A DNA stretch of 64,000 bases from Sedimentisphaeraceae bacterium JB056 (GTDB lineage: Bacteria; Planctomycetota; Phycisphaerae; Sedimentisphaerales; Sedimentisphaeraceae). The stretch is from positions 1 to 64,000 of the forward strand of contig JBITAJ010000015.1 of the NCBI GenBank assembly GCA_044440125.1, in the 5' to 3' direction. The notes beneath the pieces are model-generated. The model was given only the letters and a program-made list of their open reading frames with translations, was not told where the DNA came from and did not search any database. Below are positions 1-9,457 of this stretch, piece after piece. Both the position numbers and the translations under genes were made by a program. The first letter of the stretch is position 1. Each line of letters starts with the position of its first letter.

Positions 1-233
1 TCAAAATTAGTCAAAATGCTTCCTGTAATGGAAAAAACAAGTTTTTTAACCAGACGATCAATGAATACCATGCGAAATATCAATGCCTGTCAAAACAAAG
101 GCAAACTAAGACTCGAAAACCTTGCAAACGGAATAACTCAAGCCAAAAGCTTTTTTTAAAAAATGTTGGTATATTGACTTGCGTAGTACTATAATGAATA
201 AGTGGGTTGTTGACATACTTAGGAGCTGTAATT

Positions 234-1691
234 ATGAAAACCAAGGTTGTATTATTTGTTTTATTGGTAATTTGTTCGGTTGTTTTTTCTTTTTCCGGCG
301 GTGACGGCAGCGAGTCTTCCCCTTATTTGATAAGCAATAAATGGGAACTCAACGATGTTAACTACGATCTCGATGCTCATTACGCCCTTGCAAATGATAT
401 CGATGATGCCGGTGGTTCTGGAGCCGTAATAGCACCTGATAACTACGCTTCAGGCATAAGTTTTTATGGTATCCCTTTCAGCGGTACTTTTGATGGAAGA
501 GGGTATAAGCTCACTTCTCTAAGCGTGGTAAACTATTCTGACAATATGTTCTACACGGGCCTTTTCGGCCAGATAGCACCGACAGGAGTTGTTAAAAACC
601 TTATAATCGAAAACTGCACTATCAACAGCGTAACCCAGTTCACGGGTGGAATATGCGCATACAATGACGGCGGGACCATAACCAACTGCCGTGTCAGCGG
701 TACAATAAGCGGCACCTACGCTGTCGGCGGCATCACCGGGCATAACGAGCTAGGCCTGATCGATGAGTGTATAAGTGAATGTACTCTTAATGCTGACGGC
801 TACTGCGGCGGACTAACCGGAGAAGATATAGAAGGTGTTTACAACAACTGCGGAACTGACTGCCAAATAAACGTTTCCTCAGAAAGGGCAGGCGGTCTGA
901 TTGGCAGCGCCGGTGATAATATATGGGGAGGTGACGGCTGCACTGTTTACCAGTGCACCGCTTCAGGTGAGATTAATAATCAAGGTAATTATAGCGGCGG
1001 ACTTGGCGGCAAGATGTATAAATCATCTTTTGAGCAATGCTATTCGGTGGCGAGTGTAAGAGGCACGGGTTCTGACAGCGATTATATAGGCGGCTTATGC
1101 GGTTTTGGATATTACGCGACCATTACTGACTGCTATAATTTAGGTAGTGTTAGCGGTGAGGGGGCGACGAGCGATTTTGTCGGCGGTCTTGCGGGCTACT
1201 GTTACAGCGGTTCAGCGGTTAACAACTGTTACACAGTTGCTTCAGTAAGCTGCTCGAATCCATCACCATCTCATCTCGCTCCTGCCATCGGTTACAGGTA
1301 CGGCTCTCAGATAACCAACTGCTTCTGGGACAGTGACGTGTGCCTGCTTGCTTCAGATAATTACGCAACGGCTCTGAACACAGCCGGTATGCAGACACTA
1401 TCGAGCTTTACCGGTGCCGGTTGGGATTTTGTGGGTGAGACGACAAACGGCACCGATGACACTTGGTGGATGAGTGCTTATGGTGGATATCCCAAACTCG
1501 ACTGGCAACTCAAACCTATGGGAATGGATAAATATAATTTGATGGCTATGTATTGGGGCCAGACCGGATGTACTCCGGGGACTGACTGCTATGATGCGGA
1601 CTGGTACAGAGACGGCACAATAGATGAGAACGATCTTGTTAGGCTTTCAATGAGCTGGCTTGATAAAGAGATATTGATATATGAGCCATAA
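234..1691 (+). CDS. Secreted GLUG-repeat protein with C-terminal dockerin-like motif
   Basis: ATG 234 after AGGAG (221-225); signal peptide; FSGGDG..PY.I module; repeated GGLxG/GGIxG motifs; C-terminal ADWYRDGTIDENDL..SWL. Confidence 0.8.
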   Translation: MKTKVVLFVLLVICSVVFSFSGGDGSESSPYLISNKWELNDVNYDLDAHYALANDIDDAGGSGAVIAPDNYASGISFYGIPFSGTFDGRGYKLTSLSVVNYSDNMFYTGLFGQIAPTGVVKNLIIENCTINSVTQFTGGICAYNDGGTITNCRVSGTISGTYAVGGITGHNELGLIDECISECTLNADGYCGGLTGEDIEGVYNNCGTDCQINVSSERAGGLIGSAGDNIWGGDGCTVYQCTASGEINNQGNYSGGLGGKMYKSSFEQCYSVASVRGTGSDSDYIGGLCGFGYYATITDCYNLGSVSGEGATSDFVGGLAGYCYSGSAVNNCYTVASVSCSNPSPSHLAPAIGYRYGSQITNCFWDSDVCLLASDNYATALNTAGMQTLSSFTGAGWDFVGETTNGTDDTWWMSAYGGYPKLDWQLKPMGMDKYNLMAMYWGQTGCTPGTDCYDADWYRDGTIDENDLVRLSMSWLDKEILIYEP

Positions 1692-1783
1692 CATTATGTA
1701 GTTTTGGATGTTTTGAATAAATTCTAATTTTTTTTTGGGAAAGTAGAATGTAGTATATATTTAATCTAAAGGAGGGCTTTATC

Positions 1784-4363
1784 ATGAAAGCTAAATTCTT
1801 CATGCCATTTATTATTATGGTTTCTGTTTGCGGATTCGTATTTGCAGACAATTGGCAGCTCTATGAGAATTTTGATGCAACTGTGATTGATACAGCGAAG
1901 TGGGTTATATCGAACGATTACGGAGGTGTTCTGCCGTTTGTGGATGTGGGGGAGTGTGTGTTGAGTGGTATTGATACCGATGGTACTACCGAGGCGAATA
2001 ATTGGGAAGATTCTGCTGAGAGTACTATTGAATCAACTGTCTTAACCAAGGCGGTTAAATGTGAAATTGATGTTGTTTCTGTTCAATTCAATAATGATCC
2101 TCTTGAAGGCGAAGTGGCCGATTTTGAGATGTCGTTTGAGGTTGTGTTGTCGAACAATAAGTATTGCTCCATTTTGTTTTTTGATACAGGGGAAGGCCTC
2201 ACAGGCAATGCCTTGATTGAAGATGAACTTGGCAATGAGATAACGGCCGACTCTTTTTCCGCGGCATATTCTTCGACCAGTGCATATTCGGTTGAGATAC
2301 ATGATTACACTATCATGCTGAAAAAGGGTGATTCGCTTATTTTAAGCTGGACTGACAGTGAGGAAATTTCTATAAGTCATTTTTCTTTATCCGCTGTTGG
2401 TGCTTTTTGTCAGTATGAAGTCAATACTGATGAAGTTTATGTTTCAGATGATCCTGATTACGGGAATAATGCGGAGACGGCGAAAGTTATCACACCTGAC
2501 AGTACGACATACTTTGGCACCCTTGAAGCATCTTCTGATGAAGACTGGTTTGTATTTACAAAATCAGCTAACAACAGGTATCGTTTCAGCTTTTTAAGTG
2601 CTGATTATAACTGGAAATACATGAAAATCTATCAGGAGAATGAGTTTGGAGATTTGATTGAGCAAAAATCAATATCATCATATTACAGTTATGGTACCAC
2701 GGTAACAACATTGTTCTTTGAGCCGGCATATAAATGCTATCTTAAGGTCTATTCAGCTGCTGGAAATTATTCATTGAGAGTTGACTATCTGGATACAATT
2801 GCTCCGGATGCTTATGGCGACAGTTGCAGCAATACTACATTGCTCAATGTCGGCGATTCGGCTATTGTCGGCACGCTTGACCATGTTGATCCTGATAATT
2901 TCAAAAATGATTGGTTTGAATTTGATACTCAGGCGTTCCATAAATACCAGATAGTTTTGACCCGATCAGATAACAGTGATCTGTATTTTAATTTATATAA
3001 GGGTGGTTGCGGTGATTATATTGATGACGCTTCATCTACTTTTGATTTAGTATCATGGGCTGATGAAACATATAGCCTTCAGATAAACGGTGCTTCAAAT
3101 AAGATTGGTCATTACTATACACTTGATATTGTTGACATGGGAGTAGTGAGTGATGATTATGGTAATACAAAGGAAACCGCTGAGGTTATAACTGCTGATG
3201 GGCAAGATGTTTCAGGAACGTTGCAGTATAATACTGTTAATTATCATAACGATGAGGATTGGTTTGTCTTTTCAAAGAATCAATATGGCAGATACCAGTT
3301 TGTCTTGACCAATCCTGATAGTAACTGGAAATATATGACTATATATCAGGAAGATGAGTTTGGTAATATAGTCAGTCAGAGAACAATATCGGCTTATGTA
3401 AGCTATGGCTCAAGTTCTACTACTGTATTCTTTCAGCCGGCATACAGATGTTTCATTAGGGTTTATAATGCTTCTGGTGAGTATTCAATTAATGTTACCT
3501 TACTTGATACGACAGAGCCTGATACTTACGGCAAGAGCTGTTCTGAGCCTACCCAGTTGATTGTTGATGCTGAGCCGGTTGTTGGAACGCTTTATGAAAC
3601 GACAGGTGATTTCGGTAACGACTGGTTCTATTTCCAGACGCAGGCTATGCATGAGTACCAAATAACTCTTTTGAAAGCGGATAGCTCTAATTGTGACTTT
3701 GAACTCTATAAAGAGAATTGTGGAGGGTATATCAATGATGGTACTTCATATGATATAATCTCTTGGTTTGGTGAAGATTATGGGTTGAAGATAGTCGGCA
3801 GCAGTACAGAGATAGGTCATTACTATACCATCAAAGTTGAGGACATGGGTTTGCAGCCGGATGATTATCCGAATGTTTACAGTTTAGCCGTTAACCAGCC
3901 CAAAGATGGATCATGGATTGATGGTGTCATAAGCTATAGTGTAAACTATCATTCTGATGTTGACTGGATGAAGTTCACAGCAGGTATGGATGGGGATTAT
4001 ACTTTCCAGTTTAAAAATATCGATTATAACTGGAAATATATGAAAATATATAGAGTTAATGAATTAGGCGAGCCTGTTGAATTGGATACTATTTCATCTA
4101 ACCTTTCTTATGGGATTTCAAGTGTAACCTTGGCTCTTACTGCAGGAGTTCACTACGTGATGGTTTATAATGAACTGGGAGAATATCAGGTGAGCATTCT
4201 TTCACCTGAGCCTCGCTGCGGTGACCTTGATCACCCGTATCCGGCAGGCGATGTTAATGAGGATTGTTATTTTGATATAAATGACTTTTCGATGATGGCC
4301 ATTGGCTGGCTGAGCTGTACCAGTCCTGAGCCGCCATGTAATTTTGTACCTAATCCGCAATAA
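1784..4363 (+). CDS. Secreted repeat protein (alternating PPC-like beta-sandwich modules) with C-terminal dockerin-like motif
   Basis: GGAGG RBS; signal peptide; five internal modules (DDYGN..DEDWFVF alternating with PDxYGxSCS..NDWF); C-terminal GDVNEDCYFDINDF..GWL. Confidence 0.7.
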   Translation: MKAKFFMPFIIMVSVCGFVFADNWQLYENFDATVIDTAKWVISNDYGGVLPFVDVGECVLSGIDTDGTTEANNWEDSAESTIESTVLTKAVKCEIDVVSVQFNNDPLEGEVADFEMSFEVVLSNNKYCSILFFDTGEGLTGNALIEDELGNEITADSFSAAYSSTSAYSVEIHDYTIMLKKGDSLILSWTDSEEISISHFSLSAVGAFCQYEVNTDEVYVSDDPDYGNNAETAKVITPDSTTYFGTLEASSDEDWFVFTKSANNRYRFSFLSADYNWKYMKIYQENEFGDLIEQKSISSYYSYGTTVTTLFFEPAYKCYLKVYSAAGNYSLRVDYLDTIAPDAYGDSCSNTTLLNVGDSAIVGTLDHVDPDNFKNDWFEFDTQAFHKYQIVLTRSDNSDLYFNLYKGGCGDYIDDASSTFDLVSWADETYSLQINGASNKIGHYYTLDIVDMGVVSDDYGNTKETAEVITADGQDVSGTLQYNTVNYHNDEDWFVFSKNQYGRYQFVLTNPDSNWKYMTIYQEDEFGNIVSQRTISAYVSYGSSSTTVFFQPAYRCFIRVYNASGEYSINVTLLDTTEPDTYGKSCSEPTQLIVDAEPVVGTLYETTGDFGNDWFYFQTQAMHEYQITLLKADSSNCDFELYKENCGGYINDGTSYDIISWFGEDYGLKIVGSSTEIGHYYTIKVEDMGLQPDDYPNVYSLAVNQPKDGSWIDGVISYSVNYHSDVDWMKFTAGMDGDYTFQFKNIDYNWKYMKIYRVNELGEPVELDTISSNLSYGISSVTLALTAGVHYVMVYNELGEYQVSILSPEPRCGDLDHPYPAGDVNEDCYFDINDFSMMAIGWLSCTSPEPPCNFVPNPQ

Positions 4364-4367
4364 AGAT

Positions 4368-4415
4368 AAAAAGAGCCGCGATCTTCAATTGTTCCGAAAA
4401 TCGCGGCTCTTTTTT
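4368..4415. terminator. Bidirectional intrinsic terminator
   Basis: AAAAAGAGCCGCGAT / ATCGCGGCTCTTTTT inverted repeat between convergent genes. Confidence 0.85.
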
Positions 4416-5439
4416 ATGCCGGTGTGATTTCGCCGTTAACGTCCCAGAGGGCTTCCCAGCTCTGGTCATCTTTCCATAAGAATACCTGCCCCTTTATCAG
4501 ACGGCAGTTTTTATCTATTGCAGCTATCTGCCGCGTATCTTCTTCTGTGAGCGGCTGGGTTGTTGTGGTTTCGAGATTTTCCCTGTAATGATTCAGTGAT
4601 AATGGAATTGGTACTTGTCCTCGCTGAATTGCCCATTTGATACAGACCGCCGCAGGTGTTATGTTCATACGTTCTGCGATTGATACTATTACAGGGTCCG
4701 CGGTATCTACCGTGTCATTTTCTGTTTTGTCGCGGTCTGGCCGGTTTGGTGAACCAATCGGTGAGTAACCAATCGGCTGTATATTATTCTTTACACAGAA
4801 ATCGAATAATTCCGGCTGCTGGAAATGCGGGTGAAGTTCCATTTCGTTACAGGCAGGTTTTATCTCTGCATCTCTAAGCAGGAGTTTCAGTTTTGGAATC
4901 GTCATGTTTGATGTTCCTATATGTTTGACCAGTCCCATCTTAACGAGCTTCTCCATCTGACGCCATGTTTTCATGTAGTTTTCATGTATGTAAGGTTTTG
5001 AGTCTGGATTTCTCGCTGTCACATCGCATCCGGGGGCATGGAAGTTAGGGAACGGCCAGTGAATCAGGTAGAGGTCGAGATAATCAAGTTGGAGATCTCG
5101 AAGAGACTTTGCGCAAGAAAGAAGTACATCTCCCTTGCCGTGCATGTCATTCCATACTTTGGAAGTTATCCACAGCTCGCTGCGGTCGAGCCCATTATCC
5201 AAAACTGCATTGAGTGAATTGCCTATAAAATGCTCGTTTCCGTAAACAGATGCACAATCAATGTGTCTGTAGCCGACAGAAATAGCACCTTTTACTGCTT
5301 CAGCTATTTGTTCACCGCTGAATCTGTCTGACCCGAAAGTGCCAAGGCCTATGCCTGGTATTTCTGCGCCGGTATAAAGAGTTTTTTTAGGTATTTTTTT
5401 TTGTCCAATAGCATTGGGGCTCGATTTAAATTCTTTCAT
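4414..5439 (-). CDS. Aldo/keto reductase
   Basis: GLGTFG, GYRHIDCASVY, LDYLDLYLIHWP and IGTSN motifs; start set at MKEF (GGAG upstream). Confidence 0.92.
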   Translation of the reverse strand: MKEFKSSPNAIGQKKIPKKTLYTGAEIPGIGLGTFGSDRFSGEQIAEAVKGAISVGYRHIDCASVYGNEHFIGNSLNAVLDNGLDRSELWITSKVWNDMHGKGDVLLSCAKSLRDLQLDYLDLYLIHWPFPNFHAPGCDVTARNPDSKPYIHENYMKTWRQMEKLVKMGLVKHIGTSNMTIPKLKLLLRDAEIKPACNEMELHPHFQQPELFDFCVKNNIQPIGYSPIGSPNRPDRDKTENDTVDTADPVIVSIAERMNITPAAVCIKWAIQRGQVPIPLSLNHYRENLETTTTQPLTEEDTRQIAAIDKNCRLIKGQVFLWKDDQSWEALWDVNGEITPA

Positions 5440-5718
5440 TAATATGCTCCTATAGCTAAATATAAGTTTCGATAATAGACTTAATGTTATCATATGTGAT
5501 TGTTTGTTTCTATGTTTAATGTAGTTAAATGTGTGAAATATCATTAATTTGTCTTGTTTTAGGCTTGAAAAAGGATATTCATATTTAAAAAGTACAAATT
5601 ATGCTTGCTGTATGAAGTATGGGCCTATTATCAGCTGGATATTTTAAGCCTGCGGATGCAACTTGAAATATTAAATGCATAAAGTCTTTTCCGTACTTAA
5701 AAATAGGGAATATCCCTA

Positions 5719-5847
5719 TTTACTCTATTAAGATATTTTGGTACTATCTGTTACAGAGAAATGGGGAAGGAAAGTGAAGTAGGTTAACTGGAGGGGAAAA
5801 TCCTACACTCGAGCTTAAAAAACTATGAGTGTAGGGTTTTTATTTTT
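5719..5847 (+). ncRNA. Candidate small RNA (~95 nt), shown with its promoter and terminator
   Basis: TTTACT(5719)-17-TACTAT(5742) with upstream TG; purine-rich GGA-containing body; hairpin 5797-5840 followed by U-tract. Confidence 0.35.
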
Positions 5848-5937
5848 AAATGACCCTATGTTGCCAGCATTTCGACTGTTTTTAACATTTAACTCTTGAT
5901 AGATTAATAACTTGTTAATATCCCACTAACCTATCAC

Positions 5938-6087
5938 TGCTATAATCCACGCTGTTGATATTATGCATCTTGTCTTTTGGTTGCACAAAGACGTCTAAGG
6001 TGTAGCTTGTTTTTCGGAATGCAGGGTTTTTACTCTGAGACTCCATTCATATTTTCCCGGCGGTATGTTATCGCCGGGATTTTTTTT
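5938..6087 (+). ncRNA. Candidate small RNA (~135 nt), shown with its promoter and terminator
   Basis: Extended -10 TGcTATAAT (5938-5946); internal hairpins; strong terminator TCCCGGCGGTA/TATCGCCGGGA + T8 (6055-6087). Confidence 0.4.
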
Positions 6088-6146
6088 ATTTGACTGGAAA
6101 ATCAGAATAAAAAATGCAAAATATCTGCAATAATAAATATGAATAT

Positions 6147-6219
6147 AGAATGCAGAATTTAGAATATAGAATTAAAATGGATTTATTCTAATCTTCTAAC
6201 TCCTAACTTCTGTATTCTG
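6147..6219. repeat. 7-nt-periodic inverted arms (empty site) upstream of queA
   Basis: AGAATGC AGAATTT AGAATAT AGAATTA ... CTAACTC CTAACTT CTGTATT CTG. Confidence 0.75.
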
Positions 6220-6259
6220 GTTAAAATATGACTTTGTAGATGTTTTTCCATAGTAGACA

Positions 6260-7312
6260 ATGAAAATAGACGAATTAGATTACTATTTACCTTCTGAATT
6301 GATAGCTCAGAACCCAAGTAAGGTTCGCGGCGGCTCGCGCCTGCTTACCGTAGACAGACGCAGCGGTGAGTTTGCTGATAAGATGTTTGCCGATATAGAG
6401 GATATGATAAATCCCGGCGATTGTCTTGTTGTGAATGATACTAAGGTGCTTGCGGCAAGGTTTTTCGGGTCAAGGCAGAGCGGGGCGGCTCTTGAGGGGT
6501 TGTTTCTTAATACTACCAGCGGCTTGAGTTGGAAGGTGATGCTTCGCAACAGCCGTAAGGTTAAAGAAGGCGAACGCATAATTCTTTTTGATAATAAGGA
6601 GAAAAAGCAGGCATTCACGGCTATTGCTCAGTCAAGATGTGAAGATGGGACATTTATAATATCGGTTGAGAGTGAGCTTGATGTTGAGGCTGTTTTGGAG
6701 AGGATAGGCTATGCGCCGCTTCCTCCATATATAAAAAGGCCATCTGGTGGTGATTCGCCTGCGGACGACAGGGTCAGATATCAGACTGTTTTTGCTGATA
6801 AGAGCGGAGCTGTGGCGGCTCCGACTGCCGGACTGCATTTTACCGATCAAATGCTCGAAAGGCTTAGAGCAAAAGGCGTGTATTATGCGAAGGTTACGCT
6901 GCATGTGGGAGCCGGTACGTTCAAGCCGGTAACTGCTGAGAACGTGGAAGATCATGATATACATAGCGAGCGGTATTCGATTGATGCCGAAAATGCGGCT
7001 ATCATAAATGATGCGAAAGAGGCTGGCGGAAGGGTAATTGCTGTTGGGACGACAAGCGTGCGTACACTTGAGACGGTTGCTCGTGATGGCGATATTAGAG
7101 CAGCAAGCGGAGATACGCGGCTGTTCATTACACCCGGTTTCCAATACAAGGCAGTAGATGCGATGATAACCAATTTCCACCTGCCAAAATCAACCCTGCT
7201 GGCATTGGTAGGTGCTTTCGCGGGGATGGATAATATAATGAAAGCATACAAGCATGCCGTGGAGCAGAAGTACAGATTCTTTTCCTACGGCGACGCAATG
7301 TTTATTTCCTGA
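6260..7312 (+). CDS. queA: S-adenosylmethionine:tRNA ribosyltransferase-isomerase
   Basis: LPSELIAQ, NDTKVLAAR, PLPPYIKR, YQTVFA, AAPTAGLHF, VGTTSVRTLE, TNFHLPKST, FFSYGDAM. Confidence 0.98.
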   Translation: MKIDELDYYLPSELIAQNPSKVRGGSRLLTVDRRSGEFADKMFADIEDMINPGDCLVVNDTKVLAARFFGSRQSGAALEGLFLNTTSGLSWKVMLRNSRKVKEGERIILFDNKEKKQAFTAIAQSRCEDGTFIISVESELDVEAVLERIGYAPLPPYIKRPSGGDSPADDRVRYQTVFADKSGAVAAPTAGLHFTDQMLERLRAKGVYYAKVTLHVGAGTFKPVTAENVEDHDIHSERYSIDAENAAIINDAKEAGGRVIAVGTTSVRTLETVARDGDIRAASGDTRLFITPGFQYKAVDAMITNFHLPKSTLLALVGAFAGMDNIMKAYKHAVEQKYRFFSYGDAMFIS

Positions 7313-7493
7313 TTTCAAGGCGGACTTTTTGAAATAATTACCTGTCTTTATCTTGACTTTATATTTCTTTGGTGATATTCTTTGGTTTTATATGCAACGG
7401 CGTATTATGCCGTTTGTTTGGAGAATTTTACTAAGTGATACCGGCAAAACTGATTGGCTTTTGCTCATGGTATCAAAGCCGGAGTATAAGAGA

Positions 7494-9416
7494 ATGAATA
7501 TTGCGAGAATTTTATTTGGTTGTTTGTTGCTGTTGATTGTAAACTCTACTTATGCCTTCTCAGGAGGCGATGGCACGCCGGAAAACCCATACCAAATTTC
7601 AACTCCCCAGGATTTAGAAGCAGTAAACAATGACCTCGCAGCAAGCTACATACTAATAAATGATATCGACCTTACTGGTATAACCTATACTGCCGCTGTT
7701 ATATCAGCTCACGATGGCAGTGATTGGCAATTCACTGGTTCGAAATTTATGGGTTTATTTGATGGAAATAGTTTTGCTGTGCGTAATTTGACTGTCGTTG
7801 AAGATACCTCCGTTAGTTGGGATTTTTACAAAGGTCTTTTCGGGTGTTTGGGAAGCGAGAGTGAAATTTCGGATCTTGGTATTGAGAACTGTTCAGTAAA
7901 TGGAAATGAAGATTCCTATTATATAGGTGGTTTGTGTGGATACAATGATTTTGGCAAAATTAGTTATTGTTATACCAGTGGTAGTATAACGGGTTCTGAG
8001 ATGATTGGTGGCTTGGCAGGTTGTAATGATGGAAGTCTTGAGAAATGTTATTCGAGCTGCGATATTGCAGGAGTGGGCAGTCTTGGTGGTCTGGTAGGTT
8101 ATAATTTACAAGGCAGTCTAATAGAATGTAATGCATCTGGTCAGGTAAATGGAACAGCCTATAATGTAGGTGGTTTGGTGGGTGTCAATGAAAATGTAAT
8201 TGATAATTGTCATGCAATTGGGGATGTTGATGGAGATTGGGCTATAGGTGGTTTGATTGGTATTAATATGGGTAGTGTGGCCAATAGTTATGCAGCAGGC
8301 GTTATTAGTGGGCATGAAATGGTTGCAGGTTTATCAGGGCGAAATCTTGAAGGTAGTATTGTAGACTCTTATGCAACAGGTGAAGTAAGCGGAAGTTTGT
8401 ATATAGGCGGTTTGGTAGCAAATAATGAGGATGGTGTTGTAACAGGTTGTTATGCAGATTGTAAAGTTAGTGGTGATTGGGATGTTGGCGGCTTAATAGG
8501 AGTGACTTCTGGTTGCGTTACAAACTGCTATTCAGTTGGAGGTGTAACTGGGGCTGGCAGCCGTATTGGCGGTTTGGTAGGTTATAGTAGCGGAAGTGTT
8601 ATAAATAGTCATTCAACAAGTATTGTTGTCGGAGACGGAGATGTTGGCGGTTTGATGGGGTTTAATGGCGGTAGTATTACAAACTGCTATTCGACAGGTA
8701 ATATAACAGGCAGTTATGATGGTGTTGGCGGACTTGTTGGCTCTAATAGCAGTAGTATTACACGTTGTTACGCGACTGGTAATGCCAATAGTATGAGTGA
8801 TAAAATTGGTGGATTGGTAGGAATTAACGGTGGAATTATTGCAAACTGTCATGCGAGAGGAGACGTCAGTGGTAGTGACGAATCTTTGTATATTGGTGGT
8901 TTTTGTGGGTATAACACTTATGGCAGTATTGATAATTGCTATTCAATAGGCTCTGTTAGTGGCGGTGATGCTGCTATGTATCTTGGCGGCTTATGCGGAT
9001 ATAATTATATGGGAGATATTAGCAATAGTTTTTGGAATACACAAACTTCTAATATGGTTTTAGGGTACAATCTGGATTCAGATGATCTCGGTGTAGTAAC
9101 TAATGTTTTGGGTAAGACAATACTTCAGATGCAAGAGCTTGATACTTTTATAGATGCCGGTTGGGATTTTGTTGGTGAGAGTGATAATGGTGAAATGGAA
9201 GTATGGTATTTGTCTGATGGCGATTATCCACGGCTTTATTGGGCGGCTGATAAGGGGGATGTTAATTATGACGGGTTTGTTGATGAGCTTGATTTGAGTG
9301 TAATCATTTCGCAGTGGTTGAATGGTGCGGCAGAGAATCAGCGACTTGTGGCTGATATCGATGAAAGTGGTGTGGTTGATATTTTGGATTATGTGATATT
9401 GGCGGCTCAGTGGTAA
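7494..9416 (+). CDS. Secreted GLUG-repeat protein with C-terminal dockerin-like domain
   Basis: ATG 7494 after GGAG; signal peptide; more than 10 GGLVG repeats; duplicated Ca-binding motifs GDVNYDGFVDELDL / ADIDESGVVDILDY. Confidence 0.85.
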   Translation: MNIARILFGCLLLLIVNSTYAFSGGDGTPENPYQISTPQDLEAVNNDLAASYILINDIDLTGITYTAAVISAHDGSDWQFTGSKFMGLFDGNSFAVRNLTVVEDTSVSWDFYKGLFGCLGSESEISDLGIENCSVNGNEDSYYIGGLCGYNDFGKISYCYTSGSITGSEMIGGLAGCNDGSLEKCYSSCDIAGVGSLGGLVGYNLQGSLIECNASGQVNGTAYNVGGLVGVNENVIDNCHAIGDVDGDWAIGGLIGINMGSVANSYAAGVISGHEMVAGLSGRNLEGSIVDSYATGEVSGSLYIGGLVANNEDGVVTGCYADCKVSGDWDVGGLIGVTSGCVTNCYSVGGVTGAGSRIGGLVGYSSGSVINSHSTSIVVGDGDVGGLMGFNGGSITNCYSTGNITGSYDGVGGLVGSNSSSITRCYATGNANSMSDKIGGLVGINGGIIANCHARGDVSGSDESLYIGGFCGYNTYGSIDNCYSIGSVSGGDAAMYLGGLCGYNYMGDISNSFWNTQTSNMVLGYNLDSDDLGVVTNVLGKTILQMQELDTFIDAGWDFVGESDNGEMEVWYLSDGDYPRLYWAADKGDVNYDGFVDELDLSVIISQWLNGAAENQRLVADIDESGVVDILDYVILAAQW

Positions 9417-9457
9417 TTAGAGTTGTAGGATTGTTATTTGCTATTTTGGAGATAGAG

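Noticed and set aside
7353..7493. Long N-terminal extensions in the ORF track (also at 207, 5544, 9410, 24124, 29476, 44244, 44692, 58128)
   Set aside because: Downstream starts fit RBS position, signal-peptide or prepilin placement and family N-termini better.
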